A stretch of DNA of 63,127 nt, the filler included, from Octopus bimaculoides (taxonomy: Eukaryota), in NCBI RefSeq assembly GCF_001194135.2. It is 6 parts of 6 records of this genome, joined end to end, with 100 filler letters (N's around TTAATTAATTAA, not from the genome) between each part and the next. Parts side by side here need not be neighbours in the genome. Positions count along the whole stretch, not along the records: positions 34,315 to 46,725 come from NC_068992.1; positions 46,826 to 53,463 come from NC_068996.1; 4 more parts are not named here. The stretch is one strand, 5' to 3'. Both the position numbers and the translations under genes were made by a program. This document shows positions 37,157 to 48,935 of this stretch, piece after piece (positions within the stretch are counted from its first letter, which is position 1; the number at the start of each line of letters is the position of its first letter). The notes below the pieces were generated by a model, which was not told the DNA's origin, ran no database searches, and was given only the letters and a program-made list of their open reading frames with translations.

Positions 37157-37792
37157 GAGATAGATAGATAGTCAAACAGATAGAAAGATGGGTAGGGCAG
37201 AAGAGAGAGAGAAGGGCTATTCATTTTCCTAGGTAGGTAGGGTAAAAGAGAGAGAGAAGTGTACGTTTTGTATGTATGTATGTGTATATATGTATGTGTA
37301 TGATATGTTATATATAGTTATTTTACTTACTAATTGATTTTATTTACAAATATTATACTAATGCTTTCTCATACAGAACTACACCTTACCAAAAATAAAT
37401 AAATAAATGTATGACAGAAATATATTCTAAAGATAGCTCAAAGAATATATAAAAAAGGACTAAGAACAGAAAGGACAGGAAAACATTTTTTTTATTATTT
37501 ATTATTTATTTTTTATTTCTTATTCTCTATTTTTTTTCATTTTTCTTTCTCTTTTCTTTCTTTTCTCACCATCCCTAGAAACCATTTCAAAACAATAGTG
37601 TAAGTAGTAAACAAGTATTTACTTTTATTTATTTATTTATTTATTTATTTATTTGACAATCCTTAAAAAAACCATTTCAATACAATGAAAAGTGGTGGAT
37701 AGGAAAATGAATAGCCCTTCTCTCTCTCTTTTACCCTACCTATCTTTTTATCTGACTGACTATGTATGTATGTATGTATGTATGTATGTATG

Positions 37793-37825
<33 letters not shown>

Positions 37826-39619
37826 GTCTGTCTGTCTGTCTGTCTGTCTGATTGTCTGTCTATCCATCTTCCCATTGTCGTCAAAGCCTCACAAAAAAAA
37901 CACAATGTTCTCTTATAAACAAAATCCGAAGAAAACATCTGTTTTATATAAATAAGCAAGATATCTGTATATTCACAGAAATGTATTTGACAAGTTCGAA
38001 AGCCGAACGAAAGCGTTAATATGAAGATATAATAAAATAAAAAAAAGTTTTTTTCCAAAATTCTGACGAAATTTTTTCAATATATATATATCTCTCTTTC
38101 CTTTCCTGAGCGTCCAATAATACTATCCATATCACGTCCTCACTTTGTTGTTTTTTTGTTATTGTTTTTTTGAACTATATATNNNNNNNNNNNNNNNNNN
38201 NNNNNNNNNNNNNNNNNNNNNNNNNNNNNNNNNNNNNNNNNNNNNNNNNNNNNNNNNNNNNNNNNNNNNNNNNNNNNNNNNNNNNNNNNNNNNNNNNNNN
38301 NNNNNNNNNNNNNNNNNNNNNNNNNNNNNNNNNNNNNNNNNNNNNNNNNNNNNNNNNNNNNNNNNNNNNNNNNNNNNNNNNNNNNNNNNNNNNNNNNNNN
38401 NNNNNNNNNNNNNNNNNNNNNNNNNNNNNNNNNNNNNNNNNNNNNNNNNNNNNNNNNNNTATATATATATATATATATATGCATATATGTATATATATTT
38501 ACATATGCATATGTATATATATATATTTATGTATGTCAGGAGAGAGAGGAAGAGAGAAACACATACCTACCCACCCACATACATACATACATACATACAT
38601 ATATACGCACACCAACATATGTTTGTGGTGTGGGGACCTGCATGCACCCTGGAGATGAAATAAAAACCCATTAGTTCACTTTGCATTGAAAGTTTAGAAA
38701 GGAAAACCGTTGTAAAACTGAAAACTGAAACATTTAGAAAAAATATCGGGGAAACTATCACATTCTTAGATTAATTGAAATGTGAATAACGAAATCATTA
38801 TGGATGCCCTAATGCCTAACAGTTTATTATTAAAATCCACAGAACACCTAAAATCTCCTTGCGAACTACTAATTCTTAGTGACATTCCATTTGAGAATAC
38901 AACTGTAATACATCTCACGCAATGTGTATTCAAGGGACATAACTTTGATTTACATAACTTTTAAAGGATGATAACTCTAGAAATATTTGTTGCTCATTTC
39001 TACAATATTGGATACACTATGCTTACCTCAATCTTACAGCAGTATTTACACTCTGATCAACACACTATCTGCATTCCCTCGAATGTAATAGCATGAACAT
39101 CATCTTTTTCTCAACCATATTGTAAACAAGAGCTACGTTATTTGACGTTCTCACATTTTGAAGAGGACCAAGTGAGATTTTTAAAAGCCTTACATCTGAC
39201 ATTGAGAAATTGGTATAAGAGTGTTCCCCAAATCATCATAATAGCATTGATGTTTTCTGTTATTTATCTCTTTCGATACATGCTAGGTTTGTTTCTCATG
39301 TTAATTCTTGCTATCTTTAATTACATCTGTAATCCGGTTTCCGTATCTTTAATCCAATTTCCGTAAGTTCATGGAACAGAAGCATTAACTTTTTGACAAA
39401 GTGGATACCATCCCATATATTTTTAACAAAATGTAGAAATTTAGGATGGTGGTGTAGTATGGCGTAATACACTCTAGGCGTAAATTACAACTGTAATATG
39501 ATGTGAGGTATTGGTTACACAATACGAGGTTCAGAACCACAGATGTGGTGTAATAAATATATAATAGAGCTTCTTATTGGTGTTGTTGTTGCTTTGTTAT
39601 TATTATTATTGTTGTTATA

Positions 39620-39815
39620 TAGAATACTTAACATGCCGGGGAAAATGCTTAGCGGAATTTCGTCCGTCTTTGCGTTCTGAGTTGGAATTCCGCCGACGTC
39701 GACTTAGCATTTCATCCTTTCGGGGTCGATAAGTTAAGTACCAAGCAAAACACTGGGATCAACGTAATCGACTAGTCCCCGCCCACCAAATTTCAGGCCT
39801 TGTGCCTATAGTAAT
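39620..39815 (+). mobile_element. Nin/Deu-domain SINE
   Basis: AAATGCTTAGCGG...GTTCTGAGTT...CATTTCATCCTTTCGGGGTCGATAAG.TTAAGTACC. Confidence 0.75.
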
Positions 39816-39817
39816 GA

Positions 39818-42478
39818 TGTAGCGAGAGTCATTGACACCCATGTGGGATTGGAAGAATGGACTAGCCGAACTCTTATAAAGAGTAGCGCATTGTTTGAGA
39901 CAAGGAAGACGTAGGAGTCGTTAACAGTTCGTGGAAATCGTAAAAAGTCGTTGAGATCGTTGAGAGTTTGTATTTATTGGAGTATCGTGTTTCGTGGAGT
40001 AATTTGAAGTACGTCGTGTAAAGACAGTTGTGTCTAACCCCGTTTCGTGAAATCTGTATATCCAACGTATAGAAGGATATAAAAGTGGTGACGAGTTTCC
40101 TCGAAACTTACGTCGGACGTTAACATTTTTTTTCTTTTGATCAAAAATCAAAGTAAAATTAGTTAACCTGGAAGACTTATTAGCCTCCGTGTTGCAGTTG
40201 CAACAGCAGCAACAGCAGCAACAGTTGCAGCTACAATTATAACAGCAACAACAATACCAACACTTACTGGAATTTATTTTGAAGTTCAAAAGTATTTCAG
40301 GTTCGTTCAAGCCTGATGGCGTAGCAAACGCAATTGCAGAATTTAGTTATAACCGAGAAGATGGTGTTACTTTTACCGCATATTTCTGAAGATATGAAGA
40401 AATCTTCAAAGAGGAATGCAAAAATCGGACGGATAATGAAAAGGGACGTCTACTTTTAAGAAAACTATCCTCTGTCGAACACGAAAAATACTGTAACTAC
40501 ATTCTGCAAAAAAAAATTAAAAATTAAAAAAAAAAAAGTGAAACTTGTTTCGATGAAACAATTAAATTGTTATCAAAAATTTGAGTGAAAGAAGTTCCCA
40601 GTTCAACACTCACTGGGAGTGTTTGAATTTAGTAAAAAAAAAAGATGATGAAGCTTTCGTCACCTATGCAGGAGTCGTCAATCGAGAATGTGAAAAATTC
40701 ATACTAAAAGAATTAACCCCGGACATGTTCAAATGTCTAATTTTTGTTCGAGAGTAAACTGCAAATAAAGATGCAGAGATACGTGCCCAGATATTGACAA
40801 AATTAGAACAGGACCAGAATTTGACTCTGCAGGCAGTGGGATAGGAATGACAGAATTATTAGTCTACGACATGACGCAAATAGTTTTTTTGAAAAAAAGG
40901 ATTACTATCACATACATGCGAATAGAAAAAGAAAAACGAAGATCACGAGCCAATCTATGCTATGAGTGCAGAGGTCTACACTTAAAAAATTTAAATGCTT
41001 GAACTGTCGAAAAATCGGACATAAAAGCTCACATTGTAGAGTACAAAAAAAGGTCGAACGAAAAAAATTCTGGAATCGTTTTCTCAACAGAAAGTCTAGG
41101 CGAGGCTCACAAAAGAAAGTTTGTGTACATAAAAATTAATAATGGGAACGTGAAGTTACAGCTAGGTACAGGCAGTGATATTACAATTATTAACACTGAC
41201 ACATGGAAAAAAAGTAGGAAAGCCTAGATTAATGGAAATTTGAAGAACTACGAAAGGTGTTTCAGGAAAAAAATTACACTTTTGGGGCGAAATGATAACC
41301 GGGGTTACATTTCGGGGTAAAATCTTGGAAGCAAAAGTTTTTGTATTAAATAGTGCAACAAATTTGTTCGGTACTGACTAGATGGAATAGTTTAAATAAT
41401 ACGACCTCCCATTAAATCTGTTCTGTAAAAATATAAATGGCTTCTTCCCCAGTAAAAACAAGTCATCAGATGAATTGAAAGAAAAAGTAAAAAATATTTT
41501 TCCTGAAGTTCTGTAAGATAAATCAAGTCTGTGTACCAAGACAAAAGGTGTTTTTTAATAATAAAAAAGCTATATCAGTAAACGAATGGTACTCTTCGCA
41601 GCGATGAAGCAAGTCAGTGAAGAACTAGAGAGACTAGAAAAAATTGGAGTTATCCAAAAAGTGAAATATTCTAAATGGGCAGTACCAGTTGTGTATATTA
41701 AGAGAAAGAATAATGAAATCAGAGTATGCACTGATTTTTCCGCTGGGTTAAATGAATGTCTTAAAACGTGCTACTATCCGCTACCTACCCCAGAGGATAT
41801 TTTTGCGTAATTGAATGGTGGAAAGAGATTTTCTAAACTGGAGGAAAAAATTGCAAAAATGAGGACGATAATAAGAATTATTGAGGAGGACGGTTTACGC
41901 GTACCAGGCATGGAGTGTAAAATTGACCCCACCGGAATGTATAACAAGAAGTAAAAAAGGAGAAAATAGTGGTCTATAGAACCCTATCACAATTACAAAA
42001 AATTAAAGGTAAGCTTTGGCTATGACGTGAACCCACTAGGGCGGAAGATAAGAAACGATTGTCTACCACCTGTGACAGAATTTAAACATTTGAGACCATA
42101 TTTTATATATTAAGATAAATTAATGTGATAAACATTGGTATAAAAAAAAGAGGTAAAAAAAATATAGTTAAAATGGTACTATTCGAAAGTGGGGGTTCGA
42201 GTAGAACCTTCATTCATTATATAAATTCATTTTATTCATTCGTTTATGTTTTCTGTCGCCATTTGTATTGTATTGTCGGTCCTTGTGCCGTCCCCTCTGT
42301 GTTCGAGCTGTATGCCCAATAAAGAAACAAGTCGTAGGAGTCGTTGGGAGTTCTTGGAAGTCGTAGGAAGTCATTGAGATCGTTGAGGATTTGTATTTAT
42401 TGGAGTATCGTGTTTAGTGGAGTTAATTTGAAGTATGTCGTCTGAAGATAGTTGTGTCTGTCCCCGCTTCGTGAAATC
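39818..42478 (+). mobile_element. Gypsy LTR retrotransposon (K02A2.6-like), decayed, lacking RNase H/integrase
   Basis: A ~146-bp direct repeat (39908-40054 and 42331-42478) and PBS-like TGGTGACGAG at 40086-40095. Gag EFSY..EDGVTF.AYF.RYE.IF, CCHC knuckles, protease LQL(G)TGSDITII, RT EELERLEKIGVI...WA.PVV.IKR...IRVCTDFS.GLN...YPLPTPEDIFA. Confidence 0.9.
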
Positions 42479-42929
42479 CTTTCGATATCGATAAAGTAAG
42501 TACGAGTTGTACACTAGGATCAATGTAATCGACTTATGCACCCCTCATCCGCTGAATAACTGGCCTTTTGCCAACATTTGAAACGATTATTATTGTTGTT
42601 GTTGTTGTTGTTTTAGTGCCAAATTGATTTTGAGTAAGCATAGCATGATCAAAAGCTTTCCAGTCGTGACAATTCCATCTTTTTCCTATATGCTGGGTAC
42701 TCAGGACCATCTTTTTCTTATGTACTGGGTACTCAAAGAATGAATTATTTTCTAAAACAACAGGGTATGGTTCGAAGCTGTTTTGGCTCCTATATTTTAC
42801 TCAATGAGTTACCACATACAGGCCCCTTCATTGGCTTGAGTAATAGAGTTCGTGAGACTTAAATTCAAAATGAATGATTCGTAAAAAGGTTAGTTTATGA
42901 GGTTATATGGGAATAATATATATCAACCT

Positions 42930-43130
42930 TTTAAGGCAGCGAACTAGCAAAATCGTTAGCACTCTGTAGCAAAATGCTTCGCGGGTTTTCGTTCATCTTT
43001 ACGTTCTGAGTTCAAATTCGACTTTGCCTTTCAAGTCGATAAAATAGATATCAGTTGAACATTGAGATCTATGTAATCGACTTAGCCCCTCCTCAAATAT
43101 TGCTTGCTTTGTGCGGAAAGTTGAAACCAA
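42930..43130 (+). mobile_element. Nin/Deu-domain SINE
   Basis: GGCAGCGAACTAGCAAAATCGTTAGCAC...GTTCTGAGTTCAAATT...GACTTTGCCTTTCA. Confidence 0.7.
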
Positions 43131-44218
43131 TATACATCAACCATTATCAAAAATGCGGGTTTCACCCTCACAGACAGCCTTCGACTTTTTCTGTCCAAGA
43201 GTCTTTTAAACCAAATATTTTCACGCTATTATTTATAGTTTTATCTACTTCGCGACCTAATGTTCCGAAAAATAATATATTTTTAATTTTAAAATTCACA
43301 TGCTTACAATTTGTATCGAATTGCTGTTTGTGTCTCAAAGCCTAAATAATTTTTCTCGTAGACATTTTTTTTTATAAGAACTTCATTACAATATGAGTCC
43401 AAATCCCTAGTCCCAATATAAAGGCTTCTACCAGACTGTGTAGTAAATGAACTATTATAATACGTAGTGCTTTCAAAAGGTATCTGATTTTTATTTTTTC
43501 CCGCCAAAACTAAAGCTGTGAAGGCAAAATCCTTGAAATGAGAAGTGACATCACTTTTCCTGCGAATACCTGAAAACTTTCACACCAGTTGGCCGCAAGT
43601 TTCCGGCTGTTACGCCTAGAGTACAGACGTGTAGTGCGCACTCATCGGATTTTCGAAAAGAGAGTAAGGCGAAAAATGAGAGAGAGAGAAAGAGGGAGAG
43701 TGCTGTGTTTTAAGTCTATAAAATTGTGCATAAAGTATATAAAGTGTATATATAAAGTGCATCGTATTCCAATTTCCTTTACTTTTCAATGATTAGTAGA
43801 TGAGCGACTATCTTTTGATATTGACACAACACAGGCTACGGTTGCGGGGTTTTGGGATAAGGTTTACAGAAATAACTCAATAACTTTACGATTACTTCCG
43901 TGAAATATTCACGGGTCCCGCTAGAAACATTAATGACACAGAATGGTTCTTAGTACTGGTATTTCGTTATTTCAGATTCAGGGCCCTTCCTTCAGGAAAT
44001 TAATGGGTAAATACTGAAATATCAGATAATAGTACTTCCCCTCGATGTGTATTCTTAATTTTTGTAACTTGAATTGTTTTAACTATAAAAAAGTATTTAA
44101 AACATTCAGAAACACACACACACACACGTACGCATATATATATTCTCCTGGGGATAAAAGCAACAGTAACATTCATCCTTAGGGTTTAGCCGCATTTATG
44201 TGGCAAATATACTTCACG

Positions 44219-44288
<70 letters not shown>

Positions 44289-44321
44289 GTATGTATATAT
44301 ATTATATATTTTATTTTTTAC

Positions 44322-44512
44322 TTGTTTTAGTCATACTGCATTCATGTTGGAGCACCGCATGGGTCCAGTATAATTCTTTCATTTTCCGTCTACCAAATCC
44401 ACTCACAAGGTTTTGGTCGGCTCGAGGCTACAGTAGAAGGCGCTTGCCCAAGGTGCCACGCAGTGGGACTGAACCCTAAACCATGTGGTTGGGAAGCAAT
44501 TTCTTACCACAG
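44322..44512 (-). mobile_element. 5' part of the same SINE family
   Basis: Reverse-complement match to the head and body of 59400-59825. Confidence 0.75.
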
Positions 44513-44514
44513 CA

Positions 44515-44749
44515 GTCTCTCGTAGTCCGAGAAAGACGGTTCTGCAATTTACTGCTGAACAGCCTGCACGATGACTTGTTTATAGTGATCAAATGTATGC
44601 GCTGTACATTAGCTCACTCCTGTCTCCAGTGATCGCAGAACATCGTGAGATGAAGTGTTTTGCTCATGAACACAACGCATCTCCTGGTCCAAGAAATGAA
44701 ACCACGATCTCGAGAGTGCAACACCCTAACCACTAGGCCATACGCCCTC
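44515..44749 (-). mobile_element. tRNA-headed SINE, same family as 32020-32294
   Basis: Minus strand GAGGGCGTATGGCCTAGTGGTTAGGGTGTTGCAC...GTTCATGAGCAAAACACTTCATCTCAC. Confidence 0.7.
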
Positions 44750-45747
44750 GCATGCATGTATACGTATATACATATCGATATACATAGACTTACACACATG
44801 CACACATACATAAACACACACATATATTATATACATATATATATATATATATATANNNNNNNNNNNNNNNNNNNNNNNNNNNNNNNNNNNNNNNNNNNNN
44901 NNNNNNNNNNNNNNNNNNNNNNNNNNNNNNNNNNNNNNNNNNNNNNNNNNNNNNNNNNNNNNNNNNNNNNNNNNNNNNNNNNNNNNNNNNNNNNNNNNNN
45001 NNNNNNNNNNNNNNNNNNNNNNNNNNNNNNNNNNNNNNNNNNNNNNNNNNNNNNNNNNNNNNNNNNNNNNNNNNNNNNNNNNNNNNNNNNNNNNNNNNNN
45101 NNNNNNNNNNNNNNNNNNNNNNNNNNNNNNNNNNNNNNNNNNNNNNNNNNNNNNNNNNNNNNNNNNNNNNNNNNNNNNNNNNNNNNNNNNNNNNNNNNNN
45201 NNNNNNNNNNNNNNNNNNNNNNNNNNNNNNNNNNNNNNNNNNNNNNNNNNNNNNNNNNNNNNNNNNNNNNNNNNNNNNNNNNNNNNNNNNNNNNNNNNNN
45301 NNNNNNNNNNNNNNNNNNNNNNNNNNNNNNNNNNNNNNNNNNNNNNNNNNNNNNNNNNNNNNNNNNNNNNNNNNNNNNNNNNNNNNNNNNNNNNNNNNNN
45401 NNNNNNNNNNNNNNNNNNNNNNNNNNNNNNNNNNNNNNNNNNNNNNNNNNNNNNNNNNNNNNNNNNNNNNNNNNNNNNNNNNNNNNNNNNNNNNNNNNNN
45501 NNNNNNNNNNNNNNNNNNNNNNNNNNNNNNNNNNNNNNNNNNNNNNNNNNNNNNNNNNNNNNNNNNNNNNNNNNNNNNNNNNNNNNNNNNNNNNNNNNNN
45601 NNNNNNNNNNNNNNNNNNNNNNNNNNNNNNNNNNNNNNNNNNNNNNNNNNNNNNNNNNNNNNNNNNNNNNNNNNNNNNNNNNNNNNNNNNNNNNNNNNNN
45701 NNNNNNNNNNNNNNNNNNNNNNNNNNNNNNNNNNNNNNNNNNNNNNN

Positions 45748-45784
<37 letters not shown>

Positions 45785-45794
45785 TATGTATATG

Positions 45795-46290
45795 CCACCT
45801 GTCACCCACCCGTCGTGTTCAGAAACTTGGTGAATGGTATCAGCCAGAGGATCTCGAATATCACCTTTAAACAAGAAATTTTCGACGCAACAGCCCCCTA
45901 CTATAACCAGGCCGTAGCTGCTAGCTGGTTTAAGCCCCGCATCTACATGCCGGGAGCTATCACCCGCAGAAGGAAGTGCCACCGAAATATCGTTTGGCTT
46001 CCCCCCTTCTCCCTCAACGTAAGAAACGTGTGTAGGTAGGATATTCCTTACGCTAGTAGATAAGCACTTTACACAATCACATAGGTACGGACGCCTGTTC
46101 AACAGAGACAGCCTAAGAGTCTCTTTTAGCTGCACCCCCAATATTAAGAGTATTTTAGTTGACACTCCTGGGCCACGAGCGGAGAAGGGTTGCTTATGCA
46201 AGGACAACAGCAGATGCCCAGCGGGAGGTCAATGCGAAACCAAGGATGTCGTATACGAGGCTGAAGTGATATCTGACCCTAATAGCAGAA
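45795..46290 (+). mobile_element. Penelope-like retroelement, RT thumb/linker to endonuclease start, degenerate
   Basis: HPPVVFRNLVNGISQRISNI..F..TAPYYNQA...RNIVW.PPFSLNV...LFNR..LRVSFSCTPNI...CPAGGQCETKDVVYEAEV. Confidence 0.8.
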
Positions 46291-46725
46291 GTAACTTTTC
46301 CAGCAGCTACGGCTGTAGCAGAAATAGCAGCAACACCATCGCTATTATTGATAATAGCGCCGGCAGCAACAGCAGCAAAAATAGCAGCTAATGATAATGC
46401 TAATAATGATAAGAAAAACAACGACCACCAGCAGCTCCAACAATGACGATGATTATAGCAGCACCAACGGAGTCACCAACAACGAATGACAACAACAGCG
46501 CCAACATCAACTTTGCCACTGATCATGTCGCTACGCCAGCATTCACAGTGCCAACACCAGCACCGACAACAACGGAGGTAGTAGTGTCAACAACATCAAC
46601 AAAAGCAGCAATGCCAACAACAGCATTCGAAAATACAGCGGATGTTCCAGAAACACCTTCAAGCAGTGCCTCTCCAGCCACCCATCTTCGTTTAGGATCC
46701 CGTATATATATATATATATATATAT

Positions 46726-46825
46726 NNNNNNNNNNNNNNNNNNNNNNNNNNNNNNNNNNNNNNNNNNNNTTAATTAATTAANNNNNNNNNNNNNNNNNNN
46801 NNNNNNNNNNNNNNNNNNNNNNNNN
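46726..46825. other. Artificial scaffold-join spacer
   Basis: 44N + TTAATTAATTAA (46770-46781) + 44N. Confidence 0.97.
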
Positions 46826-47533
46826 AATTCAGTTTGAGATTAATTAAGAACAATGTATATATGTACATCATACCATGTAACCCCTTCGTAATACGTTATT
46901 TTCCTTTTTCTTTACTTTTTTTCCTGTTTTTCTTTCATTGATTGTATATCATAACGCTTTATGACAAAAGAAAAAAATTTACTTCCACAAATATTTTATG
47001 TTGTGAGAAAAACAACACAGTGTAATGAATTTGACCCAAATGAATATTTTTAAAGTCTATTGAATACTTGTATAAGATATGGACGTATCTAGAACAGAGA
47101 TTGTCGATAAAGATGAAAGATTAGCAAAAAAGCAGATGTTTCTCTACTTTTTTTGTGTGTGCTTGTTGGTTTATTGATCCACCATGGCGAACCGCAGAAT
47201 ATGGTGGTTGAGTGGGAAAATTAGCAGAGCGCCAGACTTACTGCCCTGTTACATTTCTTTACCGCACTGTATTGAAATCCCGCCGCAATAGATAAAATGA
47301 GCAACAGTCACGTAATGCTCTTTCGTATGAATCGACTATTCGCCTCCGACCAAATATGTGACCTTGACCTCACCTTATAAACCATCGCCGACATCATCCT
47401 CATTATCATCATCATCATCATCATCATCCAAATTAGTAGAATCATTAGCGCGTCGTCGTTGTCGTCATCATCATTCAAGTTAGCAAAATCGTTAGCGCAT
47501 GGGCGTCGTCGTCGTCACCATCATCATTATCAT

Positions 47534-47565
<32 letters not shown>

Positions 47566-47989
47566 TCATCATCGTCATCATCATCATCATCATCTTCATC
47601 ATCATCATCATCATCCGAGTAAGCAGAATCGTTAGCACGTCAGGAAAGAAATGACATGCGACATTTATTCCAACTCTTTGTGTTCTGTGTTCAAATATCA
47701 CCGAGGTCGTTTTTGCTTTTCATCCTTTCAGGATCATTAAAATAAAGTACCGGGCAAAATAAAGTACCTGCATTCTCCCCCATTTTTTCCGATCGTTCTC
47801 CATACTTTATGTCCGTCTTTGTATTTTCCCCCTTATCTGTCACCCACGTGGCAAGTAAAAGAAATCATCATCATCATCGTCGTCGTCGTCATCATTATTA
47901 TTATTGTTGTTGTTGTTGTCATTGTTGTTGTTGTTATTGTTGTTGTTGTTATTGTTGTTGTTGTTGTTGTCTTTGCACAGCTTCTAATA

Positions 47990-48360
47990 CTGTTCACTAT
48001 CAGTGAATTACGGTAATATCTCTTATTTTTCGAGCACCTTTCGGAGTATTCGAGCGGTTCCAAGCAGTGCTGTTTTCTGCAAGTGCTCCACCCTTATTGC
48101 AGCCCCTCTTTGTCCCATGTACTTCTCGAGATTTTTACTCATTGTTCCCAGGGCTCCGACAATTATTGGTGCCACTACCACTTTTTCATCGACCACAGCT
48201 GCTTAACTTCCCAAGCTAACCTGTCATATCTCTCGGCTTTACTTTCTTCCTTATCGCATACCTTGTTGTCAGATGGGCATGCTATATCTATAATCCAGCA
48301 TTGTTTGCTTTCTTTTTCAATTAAAACTATGTCCGGCTTCCTATTCTCTATCGCATGGTC
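47990..48360 (-). mobile_element. R4/Dong-clade LINE 3' end (RLE domain)
   Basis: NRKPDIVLIEKESKQCWIIDIACPSD...K..RY..LAWEV..LW...PIIVGALG...LQKTALLGTARILRKVL. Truncated by an N gap. Confidence 0.85.
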
Positions 48361-48832
48361 NNNNNNNNNNNNNNNNNNNNNNNNNNNNNNNNNNNNNNNN
48401 NNNNNNNNNNNNNNNNNNNNNNNNNNNNNNNNNNNNNNNNNNNNNNNNNNNNNNNNNNNNNNNNNNNNNNNNNNNNNNNNNNNNNNNNNNNNNNNNNNNN
48501 NNNNNNNNNNNNNNNNNNNNNNNNNNNNNNNNNNNNNNNNNNNNNNNNNNNNNNNNNNNNNNNNNNNNNNNNNNNNNNNNNNNNNNNNNNNNNNNNNNNN
48601 NNNNNNNNNNNNNNNNNNNNNNNNNNNNNNNNNNNNNNNNNNNNNNNNNNNNNNNNNNNNNNNNNNNNNNNNNNNNNNNNNNNNNNNNNNNNNNNNNNNN
48701 NNNNNNNNNNNNNNNNNNNNNNNNNNNNNNNNNNNNNNNNNNNNNNNNNNNNNNNNNNNNNNNNNNNNNNNNNNNNNNNNNNNNNNNNNNNNNNNNNNNN
48801 NNNNNNNNNNNNNNNNNNNNNNNNAATTTGCC

Positions 48833-48934
<102 letters not shown>

Positions 48935-48935
<1 letters not shown>

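Noticed and set aside
43540-43690. Promoter-like motif cluster (GTGACATCAC, TTCCGG, GTGCGCAC)
   Set aside because: Short motifs expected by chance; no associated exon or transcript evidence.
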